Below are positions 34,317 to 60,293 of a stretch of 64,000 nt of DNA, one piece after another. A model generated the notes under the pieces. The model was not told where the DNA came from. It saw only the letters and a list, made by a program, of their open reading frames with translations, and did no database searches. Source of the DNA: Balanoglossus misakiensis. Taxonomy: Eukaryota; Animalia; Hemichordata. The stretch's first letter is position 1; each line of letters begins with the position of its first letter. The stretch is from positions 3,553,703 through 3,617,702 of the forward strand of contig CM082577.2 in NCBI GenBank assembly GCA_040954595.2. Direction: 5' to 3'. The position numbers and the translations under genes were made by a program.

Positions 34317-34824
34317 CTTCTGTGCCTGAAAATGTGAAAACCTGACAGTTATTAGGCTACCCAGGTATTGATTATAAACTATCTGTATTAAGTTTGATGA
34401 TGGGCGGGGTTTCCTAAACATGAACGTTTCAAATTGAAGGGCAATATGATTTTCACTTAAAGACTTAAGGTTTACTACCAAGTCATACGCGGGAGTAACT
34501 CATATTGGCCAAGATTAGGAGGGGCGATATCTCATGTAGGCGCACTTACGTGACTTTTTCAAACCCAATTCCTAAATTTGCTATCAGGTCGGAAAAGCCA
34601 GAAAAATCCCACCACTCTATCAGTTACAAGAAACATAACAAATCGGATCTTGATACCCTTCAGTTAGTTTCTGTCAAAAATCAAGAAGATCATATCAGAA
34701 TAACACGGGGAAAAAAAGACTTTTTAAACATACCTGTGTACGTGTAGGACGGTGAGAGAAAGTATGTGAGTTGGACGGAGGAACAACCTACGGGTACAGA
34801 CGTCAAATCTACCGTCTGCGCGCC

Positions 34825-34831
34825 ATTTATA
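34825..34831 (-). promoter_or_regulatory. TATA box candidate for gene C
   Basis: TATAAAT on the - strand, upstream of apparent non-coding-exon splice donors near 34733 and 34547. Confidence 0.45.
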
Positions 34832-37800
34832 TCGCTGGCGCTTCACTACGTTACAATGCTTTCCTTGTCGTTGGATTACATTGGATTAGACTGTAATTAA
34901 CAATAATTAGCCTAACTCTCGACCAATCAGGAACGAGCTCTACTAGTGTATTTAGGGCCTCATTGTTTTCGCGTGTCTGCTGTTGGATGATTCTTATTGA
35001 ATCATCTGGGTTTTGACACAGTTTTACCATTGATTCTGGAAGCCGCCCAATGTTTACCTGGCCCACTTCCTGGTGCCCGAGTACCATTGGTGACGTAATT
35101 TGAAGAACTCAACAATTAGCGGAGCCCTATTTAGACTATTTGTTTATTGATTCATTCTGATTTATTCGTTTATTAAATCAAGAGATTAGCGACTCAAGCC
35201 TACGGTGAATTTGCACACCGGATTCGGAGAACAGCCCTTATGATGAGAATGTTCAGCACCTGGTAACCGACAACTGGTTCCGGCACAGCCAGGAGGACTG
35301 CGACAGAAAACTAACAAAATTTGGCACAAAGTGACTTTATTCGACGAGAATGTCATCGACAGCCAACATCGACCGGCTGGAGTAGTGAATTATTGCTGGA
35401 TTATGAAGTGTATAAACCGTGTAATTCATCTCTCTTGAGGTCTCAGCTTTATATGGTGGTGATCTCGTCGCGAATGACTCGTTTGTTCGCCAGGTGACAA
35501 ATGGCGACTGCGCAGCGCCCCACTTGGATTTTACTTTTACTAGTCCGGCTACTGGGTTTCCAGGCAACCTGTGTGGCCACGCTGTAACATATAAGAAGAG
35601 CAATGACCCAGCACATGCGAATCAGGCATTATTCTTGCCATTTTCTTATGAAAATGTCGCGAACCTGAGCCCACACTCATATTTAAGCACTGACGACGCC
35701 GTACAGACACAGCTGGTAATACACTCAGAAAAGTATATATTGCTTATTCAAATACAATTTTATGCTTGAACATATTGTGGTTATTTAGCAATGATATTCG
35801 CTGTCATAAATCTTTGTTCAAAAATAGAATTTTATTGTTTTATCAGGTTTGTCAATATACAATGTTTCGTTTGTTCGGCTGCGTTTTAGCTGGTACCATC
35901 TCGTTTTGTTTTGTTTGCATAATTTTTATTCGGTATTTAAATTACGCTTCCTTATTTTGAGGTTCAACTTCTGCCTTTAAACTTACTACAATCGAATAGT
36001 ACAAATATGAACCTAAACAGACACCGGGAAAGGGATGCGGTTTGGTTCTTCTCGGACATTCACAACTAACATTCCATATGGGATCATACAGGTGGGATCT
36101 GAACGTGGAATTGTGAATTCTGATTTTTGCAGTCCGGATCCGTCATTGTAGCAACCGTGGGAGACTGTTTCCACTCATAAACGTTTCACTTTTGAATAAT
36201 GGCGTCTTTAAGTCGCGATTCGTGCCAGTTGGGCGACTTTTGATCGGAGCAAACCGTTGGCACGAGTCGAAATCGTCACCAATTCCAACACTGCCGTTGA
36301 GGCCGGCGCCACTTGAATCATGGGTAAGTCGTTCAACAGGAGGTCAAGAGGGTCACCGCGCAAGTGAAGTGGCGCAGCATACCTCTTCACCGAAGATTAC
36401 CGATTGTTCAACCAATGTAACATTGACTCGTGCTACACGCAGGACTTCCGCCGCATCGCTGTCAGACTGGATTAAAATTGAAGGCAGCCATTGTGTTGCC
36501 ATGGAGCTGAGAGACTGCGCACTCGACAAAATCTGGATGTTCCAACCGACATGCATGGATAGAAGCAACAGGTGATTTTAATCTAAATTGTCAATAAAGA
36601 TCTCCCGACAAAACAATATTTACATGGAACATCATCGGCGATCAATTATCTGTTTGTTAAGACAATAATCGCATGAAAATTTAAGACAGAATTCCGTTAC
36701 TGGCAATCATCTCATACACAAACCGTCACGACAAAAATACGCGACCCAATGGGCTTTGAAGTGAATGAACAGATGGAATCGAACAGCATTCTGGGAATCT
36801 GGCTTGATTGACGACTTGAAGGAGCAGCTGTTTCCGTTCGCTTTTCGTGGGTCGACGTCCTTATTTAGGAGACCTCTCAACTTGTCAACAACGCGAAACA
36901 TTCATTGCTCTTTCGGGGGCGGAGACGACTGATTGAGGTACATGTAGTTAAATTGTGTCTTGGGCGTGGGTGCATTTCACTTCTTATGTATTAGCCGAGA
37001 AGTAAAGATGCCCGGACTGCCGTTACATGTATTTTTCCGTTCACGTAAAGATCATGGCAACGATGTTCCCAATTTGATATTTCCACTTGACGTTTTATAG
37101 TACGTCAATACATTTTCCAATAATTCCATAATGCAGATACCTTCGCATCATCTTGTGTCTTTCAGTTGACGACATTCATCAGTTGCTAGTATCTGAAAAT
37201 ATGACATTTGACTGACTACCATCATTCATAAAATAACATTTGACAAAGTGTAAGCCACGTCCACCATGAAGATAATCGGGTCAAAATTTAAGAGGGGGAG
37301 GGGGAGGGAGGGGATGTGTCCTTTGTGAAAATGTGACCGTGTCCAGTGCATTGTATAGTAACCGATTCTCCGCTGGTCCGTGTTGCACCCCAACAGGTTT
37401 TTGCTTGACAAAATGGGAACAACTCATTATGACACAGCGCCAGCTAGGGAGCGGTGCCGAGGCGGATTTGTTGGCGTTTCCAATAAAAGTGCGCCACCAT
37501 AGAAAACAAAGACGCGACGAATCAGCCAGATCACGCGAACCGCCCCTCATCGTGGCCAGAAGCTCCCTATAGTATAAAATACATGTGGAGATTAATGATG
37601 TGTCATTTGAATATGTAATATCCAAATCAAGAATTTGACAGACGAGGCTACAGCTGGTGCGAAACTAGTTCACTCTTTGTTAACACCAGGAAATGATAAT
37701 ACAGAAATTGAACCCGTTCAAGTGTTGACTGAGTTGTCAGAATGGTGAACATCTTAGTTCGCGACAGAACACGCGTATTTGACATCTCAAATATTTGGAA

Positions 37801-40800
37801 TAAACATGGTGTAGTAGTGGACATCACTCATACCGAATTTTTAATAAAGTGATTTTTATTTCATTTTGTGATAGGCACAGATTTACATGACGTCACCTGA
37901 CTGGCTGCGCAGTAACAGCAGGCGGGTGTTTACGTTACAGATGAAGTGATTTACATACAAATTGCGAGTAAAAATAACAAAAAAGCGCGCAGAATGTGAC
38001 AGAAATCATCGGTGTCGTTTGGTTAACAAGTGACAGCAAATGACCACGAAAATATTTTTGTAAATTTTGTAAAAAAAAATACGATTGACCAATCATTAGA
38101 TGGCGGCGACATCAGAGACAAGAGGATTATGCGATCGTGCCAGACTATGCCAAAATCAATATTACTGAAATGTATTTCCAAGTTCACACCCGGTGTTCCA
38201 AAATGCAGTGTTATGGAATGCCAGATACCATTTATTAAATCGTGGGTATGAGCTTGAAACCAAATCGTTGGTTTGAATGTGCGGCGTTTTAGATTTTCAT
38301 GTAATTCATGGATTGTTAACGGAGGAGCAATCACACTCGACGGGACAAGAACTAGAAAGTATTAAAACTCTTCCCATTCGGATGCAAACGAAGAATAGCT
38401 CTGACAAAATTAGTCAACAAATTTCAGAGAGTTTCGTCAGCTCATGAAATTTTATTGAAAGTAGAACTCACTACGCGCCACGCGCTGGCTGGACTAAAGT
38501 TGAAGAGGCTTTTGAAAGACCAATACGCCAACTTTTATTGGCTGAAAAATCAAATCGTCAACTTTTATTGGGTGTGAAAACAGAGCACACTTTGCTGTCA
38601 ATACGGTTTGCATTGTGAACTTTGGAAGGGCGCGTCAGCTGTGCGACAGTTTGCCAACTTCGGAATACAGTGCCGCTGATGACGACTAACGGTGTCACGT
38701 GACAACATCTGCCAATCATCGCATTTTTTAACTTCCGCCCTGCTCTTCTCATGCCTGTCATCCCGAGTGAAAATCGCCGACCTAGCCGAGCGCCAAAAAT
38801 CACGGTAAGATTTATCTCATTAACTTTTTAATCTTTCAGTTCGTGGTCCTTCGATGGTTTTGAATTCTTGGGTATCTAACTAGTAATCATTTTGACGTGT
38901 CGAAATTTTGTTTCATTTGCTAGAATTTCGCTACACCTTCCGAACGAAATTCTCAAAGAATTGTTCTATCGCGAACGGGGCGTTGTTGTGTTTCATTATA
39001 CATGTATTTGAATTTTGTAAAAAAAATACTGTGAACTTCCACGTACAATCCTTACATGTCTACCATGACAATGTTCGTCGAAAATGTCTACGCCTGCTGA
39101 AATAGCCAAAAATAGTTCAGGTCCATCTATCAAAGACGGCTTACTAGTAGAGATACATCAAATTCAGGAAAGAGCCAACAGCAAAATGCCTGTACAGCTG
39201 TAATTGCGTTAATCTACAAATGCATGGACTTAATCTTCTGGGTAGAGATCAAATCACGACTGAAATAGTTATAGTACTGTCGATCATGGATGCGAATGGC
39301 GAAGATAAAAAAATAGACACTCGCACTGTCCAACCATATCACAGACCAGGCAGACAGTTCTCAAGGGACCAGTGTTTCACATTAACAGGAATTCGTAATC
39401 AAGTGTTTGAGTATTCAGGTTAAATAAATGTCAGTTTTTTTGCAAGATATGTTGGTTCAAATATTAGCAAATGTAAAATGAGATGCGTCCAGAATTCAGT
39501 TCTCCAATCAATAGAATCACAGGTTTGTGGTGGTTGTAAATGGCAAGTCGTAATGAAAGAGATATTATTCTCCCGAGATATTATTTTGATATTTCACTTT
39601 TGAAAATGTCGAATAAGGTGCTAAATACCAGATTGAGTTGAGTTGGGAACAGTTTGTCATTACGAAAATTCCTGACAAAATATATTGGGATTGGCAACAC
39701 CTTTTTAGTTTGTGTTTTTTTTAAATGGGAAACGACACGACTTAGGGTTGTTCAACTGGACTCTCAATCTGAGTCACTATTCTCTTTGAATCATGATGGG
39801 AAGTTAAATAATATTTTTCTATTAATCGATAAAACAACAAAGATTCGTCAATCCCTCTAGTCCAGCAATCGGGAAAAATAATATTTCCTCCCCTTTATGG
39901 AATTCTTCTTGAATAGTGTCAATGCATTGAGGCATAGTAACGTCATGCGTGTCTGAGGGCTCTAATTGGATGGAAGCAAAGACCGCGCAAATCCACCGCC
40001 ATATGTTACAAGGGTGGCAAGAAAAGACCAGATTAATCCTCTTCTGTTTGAATTGTACATTCGCCTGCTGTTGAATACGAATATTCATTTTTGTCCGCAT
40101 TTGCACTGGATACATTACAGCCTGTGACGACATGGGTTCCGCTGGCTGTTTTTTTTTCTCATTGGAATTTTAAATCTGTTACGGATTGTTATTTGCTAGC
40201 GTACGGTGGCCATCTTGTCATGGTCACACGAACACTGACAAACATTGGTTCCTACAACTTCAACTGTTCTTACAAATGTTGCGGTGAATCTATGTTAGTT
40301 TAAACCCACAAACTCTGATTTATGACAGTCTAAATTATTGTACTGCCATCAGGACAAAAATATCGTCAATGAGATGATCTATCAACGCAAAGCCCTGTGC
40401 CCAGGCACTCAGGTTTTTTTCCTCGTTTGGTATTAAACGATGATTTCAAAATATTCTAATGTTCCATTTTGTTTTCATTTTAACACAATATCTATGCACG
40501 TATGTACGACACAGTTCTTGCGTTCAAGTTTGTACTACATATTAGTTTCTGTACAAAGGGTGCAAACATTTAGAACACGTCGCAAATCAGACTGACTTAC
40601 GTAATAATTCTAATTTCCCAGCGATAAATTTGTCTTGTCTTATCATGCCTTGTCCAAATTCCTTCGGTCCAATGAATCCGAGAACTTCACAAAGAACTTG
40701 TCCATCGATCACATCAGCGAGGGTTGTCATGGAAGCAGTGACGTTACCCTCGTCCAGTCGAGTCTGACGCACATGTGAAACCAGAGTATTTCCTAACTTT

Positions 40801-41165
40801 GAATAGAGCTATTGAATGGTCAAACATATATGAATAATAGGAGTGCGTAAAATGTGATTTTAATCTCTTTCCCACCTTTGGTTTTTGTCAGTACTTTCGT
40901 CATGAATGTTCTGACACTTTAGGAATCATAAACATTAGGCAATGACCCAGTGATTTTATAAGTTTTCTTTTGGAGATACTTCACGTTATTTCGAGGCAAC
41001 GTCTTTTATCAACGAGAGAAGTACTAGCGTTTGAGCAACCTTTCACTCTATTATGTTGTAAACAAAGTAATTTAAATATTATTTTCCGACAGCACATGGT
41101 TTGTGGTACTTCGAAGTTACAAGCATAAACACTTACATTTGTACACGTTTCTCCTCCTTTCAGAC

Positions 41166-53004
<11,839 letters not shown>

Positions 53005-53754
53005 AGGGCACCAACATCATCGTAATTACATGTTTAAAAGATTCAGTATAGGCCTAAAGCTTATCCAAGTTTAAGTACAAAATCGGATGACATTTAAAAA
53101 ATCTATTCAAGTTGACAGACTCGTTTGCGATTGCAGGTCGTTACCTGTCTTCTACCAACCCCACAATACATTATTCGGTTGGAAGAAGTTGGCATGAATA
53201 TGAAAAAAAAGAATGTAAAAGACACGAAAAACCGAGATGGTGTTCATCATTGAAATTTAACGTCTGAAATTAACAGGCTTATAGAGTACTAATTTATTTC
53301 TGCATGGCAAATAACTGTTAAGCTTATGAAAATGATAGCTATAATTGCGAAATCTGTCCAACTCAGGCCACTGGTCAGGAGGAAAATTGTTAAATTTTAC
53401 AAATATTTGCACTTGAAATGTGAGTACCGTTTCTGACGACCCGTTTCTCAAAGGAAAGGAACAACCTTCAAATTTCAACATTTTCTGCCCTTTTACTAGA
53501 ATTTTTCTTAGTTGCTGCCTGTGTTGAACTGGATAGCGATTTCTTCACACAGGAGAAGTAAAACGTTATATAATTATGTAAATTTCTTGTATCTTTCCAC
53601 GTTCAACAATATTTACCTGTATATTATGAACTCTTCATTTGTTGTTCGACACTCATCACTATTTACCAATAAAAGTTGTACCAACTAGTTTGTTGTTGTT
53701 GCTGTTGTTGTTATTGTTGTTGTTTATGTTGTTACGGTTACTGACTTTAGGAAC

Positions 53755-56700
53755 AAATTTTGATATTTCGCAAAGTCGAAAAATTGTCATTTTTGGATGA
53801 TTTTCATGAGCTATAACCCATGATTTTCATCAAAAAATGAAGAAATTTTGATATTCCGCAAAGTCGAAAAATTGTCATTTTGGGATGATTTTCATGAGCT
53901 ATAACCCATGATTTTCATCAAAAAATGAAGAAATTTTGATATTCCGCAAAGTCGAAAAATTGTCATTTTGGGATGATTTTCATAAGCTATAACCCATGAT
54001 TTTCATCAAAAAATGAAGAAATTTTCATATTCCGCAAAGTCGAAAAATTGCCATTTTGTGATGATTTTCATGAGCTATAACCCATGATTTTCATCAAAAA
54101 ATGAAGAAATTTTGATATTCCGCAAAGTCGAAAAATTGTCATTTTGGGATGATTTTCATGAGCTATAACCCATGGTTTTCATCAAAAAATGAAGAAATTT
54201 TGATATTCCGCAAAGTCGAAAAATTGTCATTTTGGGATGATTTTCATGAGCTATAACCCATGATTTTCATCAAAAAATGAAGAAATTTTGATATTCCGCA
54301 AAGTCGAAAAATTGTCATTTTGGGATAATTTTCATGAGCTATAACCCATGATTTTCATCAAAAAATGAAGAAATTTTGATATTCCGCAAAGGCGAAAAAA
54401 TGTCATTTTGGGATGATTTTCATGAGCTATAACCCATGATTTTCATCAAAAAATGAAGAAATTTTGATATTCCGCAAAGTCGAAAAATTGTCATTTTGGG
54501 ATGATTTTCATGAGCTATAACCCATGATTTTCATCAAAAAATGAAGAAATTTTGATATTCCGCAAAGTCGAAAAATTGTCATTTTGGGATGATTTTCATG
54601 AGCTATAACCCATGGTTTTCATCAAAAAATGAAGAGATTTTGATATTCCGCAAAGTCGAAAAATTGTCATTTTGGGATGATTTTCATGAGCTATAACCCA
54701 TGGTTTTCATCAAAAAATGAAGAAATTTTGATATTCCGCAAAGTCGAAAAATTGTCATTTTGGGATGATTTTCATGAGCTATTACCCATGATTTTCATCA
54801 AAAAATGAAGAAATTTTGATATTCCGCAAAGTCGAAGAATTGTCACTTTGGGATGATTTTCATGAGCTATAACCCATGATTTTCATCAAAAAATGAAGAA
54901 ATTTTGATATTCCGCAAAGTCGAAGAATTGTCATTTTGGGATGATTTTCATGAGCTATAACCCATGATTTTCATCAAAAAATGAAGAAATTTTGATATTC
55001 CGCAAAGTCGAAAAATTGTCATTTTGGGATGATTTTCATGAGCTATAACCCATGATTTTCATCAAAAAATGAAGAAATTTTGATATTCCGCAAAGTCGAA
55101 AAATTGTCATTTTGGGATGATTTTCATGAGCTATAACCCATGGTTTTCATCAAAAAATGAAGAGATTTTGATATTCCGCAAAGTCGAAAAATTGTCATTT
55201 TGGGATGATTTTCATGAGCTATAACCCATGGTTTTCATCAAAAAATGAAGAAATTTTGATATTCCGCAAAGTCGAAAAATTGTCATTTTGGGATGATTTT
55301 CATGAGCTATTACCCATGATTTTCATCAAAAAATGAAGAAATTTTGATATTCCGCAAAGTCGAAGAATTGTCATTTTGGGATGATTTTCATGAGCTATAA
55401 CCCATGATTTTCATCAAAAAATGAAGAAATTTTGATATTCCGCAAAGTCGAAGAATTGTCATTTTGGGATGATTTTCATGAGCTATAACCCATGATTTTC
55501 ATCAAAAAATGAAGAAATTTTGATATTCCGCAAAGTCGAAAAAATGTCATTTGTGGATGATTTTGATGAGCTATAACCCATGGTTTTCATCAAAAAATGA
55601 AGAAATTTTGATATTCCGCAAAGTCGAAAAATTGTCATTTTGGGATGATTTTCATGAGCTATAACCCATGATTTTCATCAAAAAATGAAGAAATTTTGAT
55701 ATTCCGCAAAGTCGAAAAATTGTCATTTTGGGATGATTTTCATGAGCTATAACCCATGATTTTCATCAAAAAATGAAGAAATTTTTATATTCCGCAAAGT
55801 CGAAAAATTGTCATTTTGGGATGCTTTTCATGAGCTATAACCCATGATTTTCATCAAAAAATGAAGAAATTTTGATATTCCGCAAAGTCGAAAAATTGTC
55901 ATTTTGGGATGATTTTCATGAGCTATAACCCATGGTTTTCATCAAAAAATGAAGAAATTTTGATATACCGCAAAGTCGAAAAATTGTCATTTTGGGATGA
56001 TTTTCATGAGCTATAACCCATGGTTTTCATCAAAAAATGAAGAAATTTTGATATTCCGCAAAGTCGAAAAATTGTCATTTTGGGATGATTTTCATGAGCT
56101 ATAACCCATGGTTTTCATCAAAAAATGAAGAAATTTTGATATTCCGCAAAGTCGAAAAATTGTCATTTTGGGATAATTTTCATGAGCTATAACCCATGGT
56201 TTTCATCAAAAAATGAAGAAATTTTGATATTCCGCAAAGTCGAAAAATTGTCATTTTGGGATGATTTTCATGAGCTATAACCCATGGTTTTCATCAAAAA
56301 ATGAAGAAATTTTGATATTCCGCAAAGTCGAAAAATTGTCATTTTGGGATGATTTTCATGAGCTATAACCCATGGTTTTCATCAAAAAATGAAGAAATTT
56401 TGATATTCCGCAAAGTCGAAAAATTGTCATTTTGGGATGATTTTCATGAGCTATAACCCATGGTTTTCATCAAAAAATGAAGAAATTTTGATATTCCGCA
56501 AAGTCGAAAAATTGTCATTTTGGGATGATTTTGATGAGCTATAACCCATGATTTTCATCAAAAAATGAAGAAATTTTGATATTCCGCAAAGTCGAAAAAT
56601 TGTCATTTTGGGATGATTTTCATGAGCTATAACCCATGGTTTTCATCAATAAATGAAGAAATTTTGATATACCGCAAAGTCGAAAAATTGTCATTTGTGG

Positions 56701-59332
56701 ATGATTTTCATGAGCTATAACCCATGGTTTTCATCAAAAAATGAAGAAATTTTGATATTCCGCAAAGTCGAAAAATTGTCATTTTGGGATGATTTTCATG
56801 AGCTATAACCCATGGTTTTCATCAAAAAATGAAGAAATTTTGATATTCCGCAAAGTCGAAAAATTGTCATTTTGGGATAATTTTCATGAGCTATAACCCA
56901 TGGTTTTCATCAAAAAATGAAGAAATTTTGATATTCCGCAAAGTCGAAAAATTGTCATTTTGGGATGATTTTCATGAGCTATAACCCATGGTTTTCATCA
57001 AAAAATGAAGAAATTTTGATATTCCGCAAAGTCGAAAAATTGTCATTTTGGGATGATTTTCATGAGCTATAACCCATGGTTTTCATCAAAAAATGAAGAA
57101 ATTTTGATATTCCGCAAAGTCGAAAAATTGTCATTTTGGGATGATTTTGATAAGCTATAACCCATGGTTTTCATCAAAAAATGAAGAAATTTTGATATTC
57201 CGCAAAGTCGAAAAATTGTCATTTTGGGATGATTTTCATGAGCTATAACCCATGGTTTTCATCAATAAATGAAGAAATTTTGATATTCCGCAAAGTCGAA
57301 AAATTGTCATTTTGGGATGATTTTCATGAGCTATAACCCATGGTTTTCATCAATAAATGAAGAAATTTTGATATTCCGCAAAGTCGAAAAATTGTCATTT
57401 TGGGATGATTTTGATGAGCTATAACCCATGGTTTTCATCAAAAAATGAAGAAATTTTGATATTCCGCAAAGTCGAAAAATTGTCATTTTGGGATGATTTT
57501 CATGAGCTATAACCCATGGTTTTCATCAATAAATGAAGAAATTTTGATATTCCGCAAAGTCGAAAAATTGTCATTTTGGGATGATTTTCATGAGCTATAA
57601 CCCATGGTTTTCATCAAAAAATGAAGAAATTTTGATATTCCGCAAAGTCGAAAAATTGTCATTTTGGGATGATTTTCATGAGCTATAACCCATGGTTTTC
57701 ATCAATAAATGAAGAAATTTTGATATTCCGCAAAGTCGAAAAATTGTCATTTTGGGATGATTTTCATGAGCTATAACCCATGGTTTTCATCAAAAAATGA
57801 AGAAATTTTGATATTCCGCAAAGTCGAAAAATTGTCATTTTGGGATGATTTTCATGAGCTATAACCCATGATTTCATCAAAAAATGAAGAAATTTTGATA
57901 TTCCGCAAAGTCGAAAAATTGTCATTTTGGGATGATTTTCATGAGCTATAACCCATGATTTTCATCAAAAAATGAAGAAATTTTGATATTCCGCAAAGTC
58001 AAAAAAATTGTCATTTTGGGATGATTTTCATGAGCTATAACCCATGATTTTCCTCAAAAAATGAAGAAATTTTGATATTCCGCAAAGTCGAAAAATTGTC
58101 ATTTTGGGATGATTTTCATGAGCTATAACCCATGATTTTCATCAAAAAATGAAGAAATTTTGATATTCCGCAAAGTCAAAAAAATTGTCATTTTGGGATG
58201 ATTTTCATGAGCTATAACCCATGATTTTCATCAAAAAATGAAGAAATTTTGATATTCCGCAAAGTCGAAAAATTGTCATTTTTTGATGATTTTCATGAGC
58301 TATAACCCATGATTTTCATCAAAAAATGAAGAAATTTTGATATTCCGCTTAGTCGAAAAACTGTCATTTTGGGATGATTTTCATGAGCTATAACCCATGA
58401 TTTTCATCAAAAAACGAAGAAATTTTGATATTCCGCTTAGTCGAAAAATTGTCATTTTGGGATGATTTTCATGAGCTATAACCCATGGTTTTCATCAATA
58501 AATGAAGAAATTTTGATATTCCGCAAAGTCGAAAAATTGTCATTTTGGGATGATTTTCATGAGCTATAACCCATGATTTTCATCAAAAAACGAAGAAATT
58601 TTGATATTCCGCTTAGTCGAAAAATTGTCATTTTGGGATGATTTTCATGAGCTATAACCCATGGTTTTCATCAATAAATGAAGAAATTTTGATATTCCGC
58701 AAAGTCGAAAAATTGTCATTTTGGGATGATTTTCATGAGCTATAACCCATGGTTTTCATCAAAAAATGAAGAAATTTTGATATTCCGCAAAGTCGAAAAA
58801 TTGTCATTTTGGATGATTTTCATGAGCTATAACCCATGATTTTCATCAAAAAATGAAGAAATTTTGATATTCCGCAAAGTCGAAAAATTGTCATTTTGGG
58901 ATGATTTTCATGAGCTATAACCCATGATTTTCATCAAAAAAATGAAGAAATTTTGATATTCCGCAAAGTCAAATAAATTGTCATTTTGGGATGATTTTCA
59001 TGAGCTATAACCCATGATTTTCATCAAAAAATGAAGAAATTTTGATATTCCGCAAAGTCGAAAAATTGTCATTTGTGGATGATTTTCATGAGCTATAACC
59101 CATGATTTTCATCAAAAAATGAAGAAATTTTGATATTCCGCTTAGTCGAAAAATTGCCATTTTGGGATGATTTTCATGAGCTATAACCCATGATTTTCAT
59201 CAAAAAATGAAGAAATTTTGATATTCCGCTTAGTCGAAAAATTGTCATTTTGGGATGATTTTCATGAGCTCTAACCCAAGATTTTCATCAAAAAATGAAG
59301 AAATTTTGATATTCCGCAAAGTCGAAAAATTG
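53755..59332. repeat. Satellite array, 88-bp monomer, ~63 copies
   Basis: Monomer AAATTTTGATATTCCGCAAAGTCGAAAAATTGTCATTTTGGGATGATTTTCATGAGCTATAACCCATGRTTTTCATCAAAAAATGAAG repeated head-to-tail with very few variants and no spacers. Confidence 0.97.
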
Positions 59333-60293
59333 TGTCAAATACATTTCCAACAAAATGACACATTAAAAATTGTGCATATCTCCACCTTTAAAAATCAGTT
59401 CACTTCTATATGTTCATAAATTCAATTTTTTATTAAAATTGTCTGATAATCTCATTGAAAATATACAATTTGATTTCCATACATTTCTCAGAAATGAAAA
59501 AAGACTACATGTATTTGTATCACATAATTAATTAGCATGGTAAGCACCTTTCCAATTATCTCCCTTGTTTTAGCTTCAGTGTTTGCACAAGGAAGCTGAT
59601 GTCAATTCATTCGATTTGAGCTTCAATGATTCTCTCTGTTGCCTTCTTCCATGTAACTATGGATACCACATCTTTTTTTTGGCAACCACTGCTTCTGAAT
59701 CTAAAACCTACACGTAAATTTTCTGTGCGTTGTATTTTGGTCATAATGTTCATGTAAACTTTCACATCGTAACTGACCTGACAATTACCTCTTTATTTGT
59801 AAAAAAATGAATTAAGATAGACACGTTTATGTTTTACATTTCTGTTCAATGGGATGACAAAAGCATTCCCTTACTTTTTGATCCTAATATAGGTGTGTGC
59901 TACATGCCAAATTTCCAATCTGAACTATTTCACCAAAATCTTTTGGTATTATAAACCTATAAAAATAACGTCCTGTTAAAAACCTCATTCAATTTCACAC
60001 TCCATATTAGGATATTCTAGTGGTTCCCTAAATTGTACAAAAAAAACACCTGAATTTCTAAGCACTCAAAGATCATACATGTACTCTCCTACACACTGTA
60101 TATTTGCATATTGTATTCCTGCCAAAGCAGGAAAATATTCTTTTCCAAGAAATTCTGTAAAGGTCATTTATCATTATATATGCACCATAAAACATTGCAA
60201 CAGTTGCATTTCAGCAAAATGCACCAAAAGTAAAAAAAAATCAAGGTTTTAAAAAAATATATATTTCTGCAGAGATAACTTTGTGAAGAGCAT

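Noticed and set aside
36192-36901. ORFs in the interval between genes C and B
   Set aside because: No recognisable domain and no consistent splice chain, so no gene call can be supported.
53755-59332. CRISPR-like array
   Set aside because: Monomers are contiguous with no unique spacers, there are no cas genes and the context is eukaryotic; it is a satellite.
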